Below are positions 18,277 through 27,168 of a stretch of 64,000 bases of DNA, in pieces. The stretch's first letter is position 1; each line of letters begins with the position of its first letter. The notes under the pieces were generated by a model. The model saw only the letters and a list, made by a program, of their open reading frames with translations. It searched no databases and was not told where the DNA came from. The stretch lies in the NCBI GenBank assembly GCA_031360765.1, contig JANMBZ010000023.1:15016-79015 (forward strand). The letters run 5' to 3'. The DNA is from Chitinophagaceae bacterium (GTDB taxonomy: Bacteria > Bacteroidota > Bacteroidia > Chitinophagales > Chitinophagaceae). The position numbers and the translations under genes are program-made.

Positions 18277-18837
18277 TTAGTTGTTACATAGTTGTTGTAT
18301 GGCAACTACCTGGAACAGGTTCAATAATCCTGGCGTTTGCTTTTCCATAAAATATTTTCTCCAGTACTGGTAGTTCTGCACGGTTGGTTCTTCGCTGAAC
18401 TCAAGCACTGCTTCTGCCATTGCTTTTAATTCATTTTTATAATTTGGCAGTGATTCTCTTACAGATTTTATTTCTTCATACCATGCTTTTGTTCCTGCAA
18501 AGCCGGTGGGGTTATCCTTGTCTAACCATACAGAAGGCAATGGAATGTAGCGGGATGAATTTTTGCTTACATAATATCTTGCCAGCAATACCCTCTGGCA
18601 AAAAATAGAAAACGCCCTTGCCGGATGTTTTGCCAGCTTTAAATACTCAGCAATTTTTTCTTTGCCGGTTTCAATTTCTTTTTGTGAAAACTGTGTGCTG
18701 TTCCACAGGCTGCTGTAAGCAAAATTCCAGGCTGCATTTATCAACGGTGCTAATGCTGTTTGCTGCTCGTTCATTCCTTTTACAACCCTCATAGTTGATT
18801 TGTTGGTCCTTAATCTTTGTGCTGTTTGCTGTCCCAT
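18277..18837 (-). CDS. Helical hypothetical protein, first gene of the long operon
   Basis: 186 aa ORF 40 nt downstream of a -7 promoter motif; contains YIPLPSVWLD. Confidence 0.7.
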   Translation of the reverse strand: MGQQTAQRLRTNKSTMRVVKGMNEQQTALAPLINAAWNFAYSSLWNSTQFSQKEIETGKEKIAEYLKLAKHPARAFSIFCQRVLLARYYVSKNSSRYIPLPSVWLDKDNPTGFAGTKAWYEEIKSVRESLPNYKNELKAMAEAVLEFSEEPTVQNYQYWRKYFMEKQTPGLLNLFQVVAIQQLCNN

Positions 18838-18877
18838 GTTTTTTATTTTTTTGATGATTTAATTCCGATTAACAATG

Positions 18878-18885
18878 CAAACATA
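18878..18885 (-). promoter_or_regulatory. Bacteroidota sigma-A -7 element TATGTTTG for the structural operon
   Basis: Matches TAnnTTTG; no clear -33 TTTG at the expected spacing. Confidence 0.6.
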
Positions 18886-18945
18886 CTATGGGGTAAAGAG
18901 GTCACTTTCCACTTTGAGGATGTTTCAGTCAGTTGTTGAAAGAAG

Positions 18946-18989
18946 TTGTAAGTACTTGTAAGTTTGGGATGATTTTGTCCGATTTTGTC
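18946..18989. repeat. Two direct-repeat pairs with 10-bp period (TTGTAAGT x2, GATTTTGTC x2)
   Basis: 18946/18956 and 18971/18981, upstream of the operon promoter. Confidence 0.6.
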
Positions 18990-19039
18990 TGATGAAAGTT
19001 TTGCGTGGAACGTAGGTTTGGTAATAGTTTCAGGGAAAT

Positions 19040-19063
19040 AAAAAACCGCTTTAGATAAAGCGG
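19040..19063 (-). terminator. Intrinsic terminator after the regulator/HEPN-like unit
   Basis: CCGCTTT / AAAGCGG stem followed by T-run on the minus strand. Confidence 0.65.
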
Positions 19064-19102
19064 ATAGATTAATGAAGTAAATATTTCTGTATGATTTTTA
19101 CT

Positions 19103-19534
19103 TTATGATATTCCTTGTTGAGTACAAAAATCAAGTATGATTTTCTGTTGTGGCAACTTATTTGTCCGAAGTTTATAGTTTGTAATGGCTCCTGAAATGT
19201 GCATTAGAGCAATATTTTTAAAATTACCGCTTACAAAGTCATGGTTGTTTTCTTCACCATGATGTTTTAATTCATTTCGGGTCTTGTTTCGGTATGAAAT
19301 ATAATTTTCTATCCCCAACAAATCTTTCGTCAGGTCAAACATAGCTTCGTCAAGTTGCGCCCTGTTTAAAATTGGCAAATTTTTATTTTTTGCATAATGA
19401 GATAGGAAGGATGAAAATAATTCTTCCGCAACACTACCCAATGTTATTGCCGGAATAAAATTTTCTTCTTGAAAGAGTTCAATAGCAGTTGTTAACTGCA
19501 TAAATGCAATTTCTTCTTTTAAATATTTAGGCAT
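19103..19534 (-). CDS. HEPN-like protein, candidate RNase toxin
   Basis: Helical, AITLGSVAEE and RNELKH (Rx4H) motifs; AT-rich. Confidence 0.5.
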   Translation of the reverse strand: MPKYLKEEIAFMQLTTAIELFQEENFIPAITLGSVAEELFSSFLSHYAKNKNLPILNRAQLDEAMFDLTKDLLGIENYISYRNKTRNELKHHGEENNHDFVSGNFKNIALMHISGAITNYKLRTNKLPQQKIILDFCTQQGIS

Positions 19535-19561
19535 AAAAGCTATTTAAAAATTTATTGATTC

Positions 19562-19768
19562 TTACTCCTCAGCTTTACCAGGTAATCCCAGCTTCTCAAA
19601 AATAGTCTTTATCTGAAGGGTTGTGTAAAGCCTTCCAATTTTTTCACCTACTGCTTCATCGTGCCGGATGATCCAGTTCTTCATAGTGCGGTTGGTAACC
19701 CCATAAATTTGTGCCAGTTCTGTAAGGCTGTACGGCCTTATCTCAATTGTTTTGTCTGTAATACTCAT
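19562..19768 (-). CDS. DUF4248-like HTH protein, paralog of 18013-18273
   Basis: IRPYSLTELAQIYGVTNRTMKNWI...YTTLQI..IF..LG.P. Confidence 0.7.
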   Translation of the reverse strand: MSITDKTIEIRPYSLTELAQIYGVTNRTMKNWIIRHDEAVGEKIGRLYTTLQIKTIFEKLGLPGKAEE

Positions 19769-19820
19769 CTGTCTTTTTTTTGTCTGTTAATAAATCCGGG
19801 TCAGTAGTATATATCCTTTC

Positions 19821-20852
19821 TTATCCATAATATTCAAAATAATCACTGGTTTCAATGGCCAGTAGCGTACACAGTTGCATTACACTCAATTTTGTCTTAC
19901 CCATATAATCAGCCAGCAAATGCCGCATCAATTGTGGGTTTTCTTTAGGTACATCCAATTCCTGCGGCTCCCGTCTTCTTATTTTTTGCTGGTTAAATTG
20001 TTCTATTAAGTATCGCTTTTGATTTGGCGTTAACAAGCCAAGATCATCAGCCCGATAAACCAATGCGATCATACTCACTTTCCATTTACGTTTCAGTTCT
20101 CCCAGCAACGGCAGTGTAATGCCGTCTTTAAAATCTTTTAGTATTTCTTTTTCAGGCATTAAAAATTCAGCAGCAAATAAATTGGCTTCGTGATTAATGT
20201 TTCTGTCATGTGGTACAATGGTAAAAGTGTGCATGATTAAATGTGCCAATTCAAATGCAAGGGAAAACCGTTGCCTGTCGCCGAGTAAACACTTATTCAA
20301 AAAGATGATTGGGTATTTATCATCGGTAAGCATACTGCGGCTATCCACCCTTTCTGTACCAAAATCAAAACTGTTGATGATGATTCCCTGTTCTTCTAAT
20401 ATTTTACTAAGGTTATCAATAATGGGAGTGGTGATATTCCATTTCTTTCTTACCAATCCCGCAATTTTAGCAGGGGTATTTCTTTCGTCAACCTCATACA
20501 CTGGTAAGTTGGATACATACATATCCAGAGACCTTGTGATAAATTGTGTGTGGCGGCGTATGATATTTATTTGTGCCTCTATAGGGTTTATCAGTTTTAC
20601 TGGAACATGCTCCCTTTTGCGGTACGACAGATTCACCGGCATAATATCTCCATGCTGCAAAAAAAAGTGCGGCGGAAAGTTGGTGGCTGCTGCCAAAGAA
20701 ATAAGCGTTTCCTCATTTACATTGGAATCACCATTCTCAAATCTTGAGATCTTAGCTTTATGCAGGTTCATCTTGTCACCCAGCTCTGTCTGGGTAAGCC
20801 CCCTGGCCTCTCTTGCCAGTAATATCATGTTTGGATTAATCGCTTGTGTCAT
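19821..20852 (-). CDS. XRE HTH + ImmA/IrrE-like peptidase domain regulator with degenerate metal motif
   Basis: AREARGLTQTELG HTH; RQRFSLAFELAH, EANLFAAEFLMP. Start set at ATG 20852 because a TATGTTTG -7 motif lies at 20884-20877. Confidence 0.85.
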   Translation of the reverse strand: MTQAINPNMILLAREARGLTQTELGDKMNLHKAKISRFENGDSNVNEETLISLAAATNFPPHFFLQHGDIMPVNLSYRKREHVPVKLINPIEAQINIIRRHTQFITRSLDMYVSNLPVYEVDERNTPAKIAGLVRKKWNITTPIIDNLSKILEEQGIIINSFDFGTERVDSRSMLTDDKYPIIFLNKCLLGDRQRFSLAFELAHLIMHTFTIVPHDRNINHEANLFAAEFLMPEKEILKDFKDGITLPLLGELKRKWKVSMIALVYRADDLGLLTPNQKRYLIEQFNQQKIRRREPQELDVPKENPQLMRHLLADYMGKTKLSVMQLCTLLAIETSDYFEYYG

Positions 20853-20968
20853 ATGTCCTTTCTTTTGATTGGAGGGCAAACATAGCAATCAAATATGTAA
20901 ATACACAAAAAAAGTTGCAAGTGTGGATAAATAAGCTAACATAATTAGTTTTATAGTCAAAGAAAACG

Positions 20969-21029
20969 TTCGGGAATAATTAGGGAGCAATTGCGGAAGG
21001 GTTGTGGAGTGATTATAAAAGATTGTGGA
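20969..21029. repeat. Degenerate TTnnGGA array with about 11-bp period
   Basis: Units at 20969, 20980, 20991, 21002, (21013 degenerate), 21023. Confidence 0.5.
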
Positions 21030-21325
21030 AAAAGACACTTTGACCCTTACCAAAAGACAAGTTGAAAAAAAAGGTAAAGAAATTATTTGAAAATCTCAAT
21101 TGCCATATTGGGATTTTCGATTTTTTTTTTGATTAAATAAAAAAATATTAAAAAACATTTGTAAATATCAAATTTAGTTATTAGATTTATTTTACAATCG
21201 AAAACTAACTCCAGAACACCCCTTTGTTTTAGTTATCCAATTCTCCACGTAAAGCCTTGTTCAAGCAAGCATCAGAAAAATTTAGTAATCACATGCAACA
21301 GTTTGTTGATAGCCATGTATTTTAA

Positions 21326-22792
21326 TTGTTTGTTTATGCTAAACCAATCCCTGTGAGTCTAACAAAACTCACCATAACAATTCTAATAATACTTTCTTCG
21401 CAATACTGCGAAGCTCAGACAGATAGTATATTCCAAACTCTGGAAAATCTCCAGAAAGTTCCCGTTAAATATTTAAATGCAGTAGAAAATAAAATAGACA
21501 AATACAGCAACCGCATAACTGGCAAAACAGAAAAGACCTTAGCCAAATTGAGCAAGTGGGAAAATAAGATCAAAGATATTTTAGACAAAGTAAGCCCCGA
21601 AACATCTACAAAATTATTCGGCAGCAATGCAACTACTTTCAGCAGTTTATTAAAAAAGATACAGGAAGGTAAAGCCGTTGCCGAAGGGTATAAAACAAAG
21701 TATGATGAGTACCGTGATAAATTAACCACCAGTGTAAAATACTTAGAAGATCAAAAAGATAAGCTGGATAAAAAATTCATAGAACCTATCAACAGTACAA
21801 AAAAGAAACTGGATGAACTGGAACAGGATGTAAGCAACACCGAAGCGGTAGAAGCATTTATTAAAGAAAGAAAACAACAACTTATAAACGAAGCGGTAAA
21901 ATATATTGGCAATAGCAAGTACCTGACTAAGATTGATAAGGAATCATATTACTACATTGAAACACTGCGCAATTACAAAGAGTTATTCAGCGATAAAAAG
22001 AAAGCAGAAGAGCTGGTATTAAAACTCTTAAATAAAATACCTGCATTTACAAGTTTTGTAGAAAATAACAGTATGCTGGCTCAATTATTCGGTTCGCCAA
22101 ATAACCCAGCTTCTACAGCAAGCCTTGCTGGTTTGCAAACGAGGGCGAGTGTGAATGCACTTATACAAAACCAGATTGCTGCCGGTGGCCCAAATGCACA
22201 GCAACAAATACAGGAAAATCTTCAACAGGCACAAACTTACCTTACTCAATTAAAAGATAAAATAATAAAATCGGGCAATGCAGATGGAGAAATTCCGGAT
22301 TTTAAACCTAAAGAAGTAAAATCAAAGACCTTTTTTCAAAGGATTGAATTTGGCAGCAACTTCCAGTTTGTAAAGAGTAACAGTTTTCTACCAACAGTTG
22401 CTGATATAGCATTGAGTATTGGTTATAAATTAAATGACAAGTCGGTTGTTGGTATCGGTGCAAGTTACAAGGCTGGATTAGGCAGTATTGAACACATAAG
22501 TATTACACACCAGGGAATAGGGTTAAGAACTTTTATAGACTGGAAATTGAAAAAGCAGTTTTTTATAAGCGGTGGATTTGAAATAAATCATAATGCCCAG
22601 TTTAGAAATTTTGATCAATTGCAGCATTACAATGAATGGCAGCAGGCCGGTTTAATTGGGTTAACAAAAAAAATACCCATAAAAACAAAATGGACCAAAG
22701 GAACCAAGCTGCAGATAATGTATGATTTATTGGCAAAACAGCATATACCCGTTTCTCAGCAAATATTATTTAGGGTTGGTTATAATTTTTGA
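21326..22792 (+). CDS. Exported protein: N-terminal coiled coil + C-terminal outer-membrane beta-barrel
   Basis: Signal peptide, long helical region, amphipathic strands ending RVGYNF. Confidence 0.65.
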   Translation: MFVYAKPIPVSLTKLTITILIILSSQYCEAQTDSIFQTLENLQKVPVKYLNAVENKIDKYSNRITGKTEKTLAKLSKWENKIKDILDKVSPETSTKLFGSNATTFSSLLKKIQEGKAVAEGYKTKYDEYRDKLTTSVKYLEDQKDKLDKKFIEPINSTKKKLDELEQDVSNTEAVEAFIKERKQQLINEAVKYIGNSKYLTKIDKESYYYIETLRNYKELFSDKKKAEELVLKLLNKIPAFTSFVENNSMLAQLFGSPNNPASTASLAGLQTRASVNALIQNQIAAGGPNAQQQIQENLQQAQTYLTQLKDKIIKSGNADGEIPDFKPKEVKSKTFFQRIEFGSNFQFVKSNSFLPTVADIALSIGYKLNDKSVVGIGASYKAGLGSIEHISITHQGIGLRTFIDWKLKKQFFISGGFEINHNAQFRNFDQLQHYNEWQQAGLIGLTKKIPIKTKWTKGTKLQIMYDLLAKQHIPVSQQILFRVGYNF

Positions 22793-22812
22793 TTTCAAAA
22801 ACTAAAGCAGAC

Positions 22813-25800
22813 ATGAAAAAAAATCTCTTTGCAATACTTGTCTTATTGTCAAATGGCATGTTGAGTAATGCTCAGGATGCTCCAAACGTTGCAAACTTCA
22901 GCCCGCTATCACCCAATACAGAACAGGCCAGTAAATTGGCGAGTGTGCCGGTAAATATCTTTACCGGGGTTCCGATTATTAATGTACCCATATATCAATA
23001 TGCCAGTCAAAGCAACGGCTTACACTGGGGCGTTTCATTAAATTATAATGCCAAGGGTACTCAAATGCTTGAGTCGGCATCTGATCTTGGGCTTGGCTGG
23101 TTTCTGAATGCAACAAGTGTAATTACCCGGGCCGTGCGGGGAATGCCCGATGACATACCAAACTATGGTTATTTGTATTCCACAGCAATAACAACAGATT
23201 TCAGAAGTGACGGCGATAAATATTATTTTGACAGCTTAGATTCACAACAGGATGCTTTTCAGTTTAATATAAATGGTCATTCAGGAAGTTTTTTTATTGG
23301 TAAAGATCACCAGATAGTTTGCACGCCGCTTTCTAAAATAAATATTACTTATACGGCAGCATTTAATAATACCGGGTTGATTACTACCTTTAAGATAATT
23401 GCAGAAGATGGAACGAGTTATGATTTTGATTATGCGGAAAGCTCTCAGATATCTTCATTGGTAAATACACAATCGGGTTATGCAAATAATACCTACAATT
23501 CTTCCTGGTATCTATCCAGGGTAATTTCTCCATTTAATACAGATACGATAAAGTTTAATTATACACAAACGCAGCCTGTAAATACACCTTTTACACTTCC
23601 GCAAACCTTGTACATGCGAAATGCTGATGCCGTTGTAACATCAACATACTCTCCAACAGGCACATTAACCTACAGTACCACTAAAATAAGTTCAATAATA
23701 TTTCCTGATAAAAAAACACTTTCTTTTGCTTATACAAATGCTTACCCAAATAATGCAACAGAGAACCCTGTTGCCGAAATAAACCTGAGTGATACCATTT
23801 TCCGGTATGGGTATAAACTGAATTATAAAAGCACTGATGCAAACTCCAATTATATCAGGTTGCTGCTTTCGGGTGTTACACCATATACTTCAAGGGGTTC
23901 AAAAAAAGGGTATGCCTTTTCCTATGGTGCGCCATATTTAATAAGTTTATTGCAAGCCACGGGGAACCCTTTAAATTCCAGAGATCACTGGGGATTTTAT
24001 AATGGAGCCAATAATGGTTCAAATGCAATACCATATGTCAATGGCATGTCAGGTGGTGCCAACAGAAATCCCAACCTGGCTTTTACCATGGCAAGCTCCC
24101 TTACAAACTTTTACCTGCCCGATGGGGGATTTATATTTTACCAATACGAACTGAACGATCATTATCCATATGTAAAGGACCCTTATTCATTAACAGTACA
24201 GGCAAACACAAACAGCCAGAACAATATTACGCTCAACCAAGTTTTTAATTCAAAACATCAATTGGTCTTTAACCTTGATAATTCAGTTTCCAGAACCGGT
24301 GCTGCACCAATCAGTGGCAGCGGCAACCTTATCTGCAATATTAAAAGTACCGATGGCAGCATTTTATATGCAACTACCAGTATTTCCCTCTTCGATCTTT
24401 TTTACCTGGGTATAAAAACATGGCCTTTTAACCTTGCCAATGGCAGCTACCGTTTGGAAACACAATTAAGTGGCGGCACATCAATTACCGGAAGTTTCCC
24501 TTTAAACATTACCTGGGAAAATAAATTACCAGATAATACAACTACTGGAAATATTGCAGGTGGTTTGCGGGTAAAATCAATTTCCCGATCAAATGAATGG
24601 GACAGCCCCGGCATGAATAATGAAGAATACCGTTATATTACCGCCGATGGAAAAAGTTCAGGCTTTCTGGGTGATATACCACAATACGATTACCCTTACC
24701 GGGAAACCGTAATTAATGGCGGTACCACCATTACAGATTATACAGCCGTAAGCAGTGACCCAATCAATAATCTTAATTATGCACAAGGCAGCCCTGTTGG
24801 TTACAGCCGGGTAGAAGTAATTAAAGGAACAGCAACACATAATATTGGAAAAACTGTTTATGAATTTACAAGCCTGCAGGATGTAAACAGCAATATAGCT
24901 ACCCCTTCTTTTCCTTATGCTCCACAGGACTTAAGAAACTGGGGTATTGGCTTACCTAAAAGCATTTCGGTTTATGATAGCAGCAATGTACTGATAAAAC
25001 GCACTGTAAACACAGTTGCTTTTGATACCATAAATTATATTTCATCAAACAACAAATCATTAAAGCTGGGCAAATCTGCAACCACTTATTATGGTAACCC
25101 TGCCAATTCATCTACCCCAAAAACAAGAACTTATCTGGCTCAGGAATATTACCCTGCAAGCGGCAGAATGTACATTGCCTCTTCAACGGATACGCTCTTT
25201 CAGAGCAATGGCTCAAAAATTACATCGTACAAAAACTTTACTTACGATGCCAATTACAACGTGAGTAAAATTGTGAGCAGTTACGATAAAAGCAGGGGGT
25301 TGTTGGCAGAGCAACGTTTATATTATCCATACAATTATACAATAGGTGGTGCAATCGGAAGCCTGAGAAACAATGGAATAACAACGCCTGTAATAGCTGC
25401 CGAAACCTGGATAACGGGCGATGCCAATCCCAGGATTGTGGCAGCTTCTATTACTGATTACCAGGTATTAAACAGCGGGTATATCAAGCCACTTACAACC
25501 TATGCTTTGGAATCTAACAAACCATTAACCCAGGCTGTGATAGGTAGCTTTAATCCCGGGGTATTAAACAGGAATACCACTTATTTTAAACCCCAGCAAA
25601 GTTTTGTTTTGTTTGATAATAAGGCAAACCTGTTGCAGGTACAAAGCCCCATAACCGGGCAAAGCGGGAGCGTTATTATGGATTACAACAACCTGTACCC
25701 CATTGCAAAAATTTCAAATGCTGCCGGCACAGATGTTGCCTATACGAGTTTTGAATCAGATGGCAGCGGCAACTGGAATGTACCCAACCCCGGTGGCCTG

Positions 25801-26598
25801 GTAGCCGATGCCTTTACAGGCAATTTAAGCTACAACCTGAGTAACGGGTATATAAACAAAACCGGGTTAAATAATGCTTACAACTACCTGCTTACCGTAT
25901 GGGCAAAATCTCCTTCCGGCGTTTATGTAAACAACAGGCTTTTAACAAGCCCGATAGCGCAGCAAAACGGCTGGGAACTTTTTTCAATTACATTACCTAA
26001 TGCTTCTATTGTACATATCAACGGCTATGGCTTAATTGATGAACTAAGGCTACATCCTAAAGATGCCAATATGGTTACAAGTACTTACGAACCTGGATTG
26101 GGATTGGTAACCAGCACTGTTGATGCAAATAATATGATTGTATATAACGAATACGATACTTTAAACCGGATAAAAATAATAAGGGATAAAAATAAAAATA
26201 TTATCAAGCGGTACGATTATGCTGATCCCGCTGTAAATACTTCACCAAACTGGTTACCGTACAGCAGGGTATGTAGGGATGGTATTAACGGTGTTTATGA
26301 TTCGCTTTACCAGGATAATAATGCCAACAGTGCTACCTATCTGCAAACACAGATAGTTTCATCTGGCACAAATTACTGTGTCTGTTCCACACCTGCATAT
26401 CACCCAGAGTATAAACTGATCAATGGCAATTGCGAACTGGGTTTACAGACATTTACTTCATCGGCTTATATATATGTATGCGATGCAAACGGATGCGTAT
26501 GGAAATGGAGGTGCATATATCATTATACATGGTCTGATAATTCTGTAAGCCAGGATTACTTCATTTATTCAAATGCATCCTGTGGCCTGGAACAGTAA
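22813..26598 (+). CDS. Secreted YD-repeat (RHS-like) protein with Cys-rich C-terminus
   Basis: Signal peptide MKKNLF, VNIFTGVP, LGLGW, RGMPDD, DHWGFYNG, GGLRVK, YEYDTLNR. Confidence 0.8.
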   Translation: MKKNLFAILVLLSNGMLSNAQDAPNVANFSPLSPNTEQASKLASVPVNIFTGVPIINVPIYQYASQSNGLHWGVSLNYNAKGTQMLESASDLGLGWFLNATSVITRAVRGMPDDIPNYGYLYSTAITTDFRSDGDKYYFDSLDSQQDAFQFNINGHSGSFFIGKDHQIVCTPLSKINITYTAAFNNTGLITTFKIIAEDGTSYDFDYAESSQISSLVNTQSGYANNTYNSSWYLSRVISPFNTDTIKFNYTQTQPVNTPFTLPQTLYMRNADAVVTSTYSPTGTLTYSTTKISSIIFPDKKTLSFAYTNAYPNNATENPVAEINLSDTIFRYGYKLNYKSTDANSNYIRLLLSGVTPYTSRGSKKGYAFSYGAPYLISLLQATGNPLNSRDHWGFYNGANNGSNAIPYVNGMSGGANRNPNLAFTMASSLTNFYLPDGGFIFYQYELNDHYPYVKDPYSLTVQANTNSQNNITLNQVFNSKHQLVFNLDNSVSRTGAAPISGSGNLICNIKSTDGSILYATTSISLFDLFYLGIKTWPFNLANGSYRLETQLSGGTSITGSFPLNITWENKLPDNTTTGNIAGGLRVKSISRSNEWDSPGMNNEEYRYITADGKSSGFLGDIPQYDYPYRETVINGGTTITDYTAVSSDPINNLNYAQGSPVGYSRVEVIKGTATHNIGKTVYEFTSLQDVNSNIATPSFPYAPQDLRNWGIGLPKSISVYDSSNVLIKRTVNTVAFDTINYISSNNKSLKLGKSATTYYGNPANSSTPKTRTYLAQEYYPASGRMYIASSTDTLFQSNGSKITSYKNFTYDANYNVSKIVSSYDKSRGLLAEQRLYYPYNYTIGGAIGSLRNNGITTPVIAAETWITGDANPRIVAASITDYQVLNSGYIKPLTTYALESNKPLTQAVIGSFNPGVLNRNTTYFKPQQSFVLFDNKANLLQVQSPITGQSGSVIMDYNNLYPIAKISNAAGTDVAYTSFESDGSGNWNVPNPGGLVADAFTGNLSYNLSNGYINKTGLNNAYNYLLTVWAKSPSGVYVNNRLLTSPIAQQNGWELFSITLPNASIVHINGYGLIDELRLHPKDANMVTSTYEPGLGLVTSTVDANNMIVYNEYDTLNRIKIIRDKNKNIIKRYDYADPAVNTSPNWLPYSRVCRDGINGVYDSLYQDNNANSATYLQTQIVSSGTNYCVCSTPAYHPEYKLINGNCELGLQTFTSSAYIYVCDANGCVWKWRCIYHYTWSDNSVSQDYFIYSNASCGLEQ

Positions 26599-26623
26599 TA
26601 TTATAATCTCAAAAAAAATGATC

Positions 26624-27139
26624 ATGAAAAAAATACTTTTTTTATCAATATGCTCCTTCGCTTTTACAACCAGTATTTACACATTTACCATTAAAAGCAT
26701 TGATAACGTAAACATACCTTTAAGCAGTTTCAGCGGTAAAAAAATATTGATAGTTAACACAGCTACCAACAGTCCCTATGTAAACCAATACGCCGGGTTA
26801 GACAGCCTGTACCAGTTGTACCACGATAGCTTAGTCATCATCGCCTTTCCCACCAATAGTTTTGGCCACGAGCCTTATAACAATAACCAGATAAAGAACT
26901 TTGTAAACAATACCTACCATATACATTATATACTGGCAAAAAAAACGGATGTAACCGGCAATGATAAGGCTCCATTATTCCGTTGGCTTGCTTTACCCAG
27001 CGAAAACGGCATGATGCGTGGAAAAGTGAACGGCGATTTTTATAAATTTTTAATAAACAGTTCGGGTACGCTCATTGGTACATTCAACGGCTCGGTGCAG
27101 CCAATGAATACCACCATCCGTAACCTGATTCAGAATTAA
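26624..27139 (+). CDS. Exported glutathione peroxidase homologue lacking catalytic residues
   Basis: GKKILIVNTATNSPYVNQY, IIAFPTNSFG, GDFYKFLI; signal peptide. Confidence 0.8.
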   Translation: MKKILFLSICSFAFTTSIYTFTIKSIDNVNIPLSSFSGKKILIVNTATNSPYVNQYAGLDSLYQLYHDSLVIIAFPTNSFGHEPYNNNQIKNFVNNTYHIHYILAKKTDVTGNDKAPLFRWLALPSENGMMRGKVNGDFYKFLINSSGTLIGTFNGSVQPMNTTIRNLIQN

Positions 27140-27168
27140 ATAATCGGCTTAATTATAAACCCACAGAT

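Noticed and set aside
305-18837. Conventional tailed prophage or conjugative element
   Set aside because: No terminase, portal, tape measure, tail, VirB4/VirD4 or relaxase motifs recognised; very divergent versions cannot be excluded without searches
18277-18837. Replication initiator call from the YIPLPSVWLD motif
   Set aside because: Single short resemblance, no HTH or nuclease motif to support it
20197-20868. 223-aa plus-strand ORF and similar antisense ORFs (e.g. 15609-16112, 29398-29925)
   Set aside because: Shadows of well-supported opposite-strand genes with no motifs of their own
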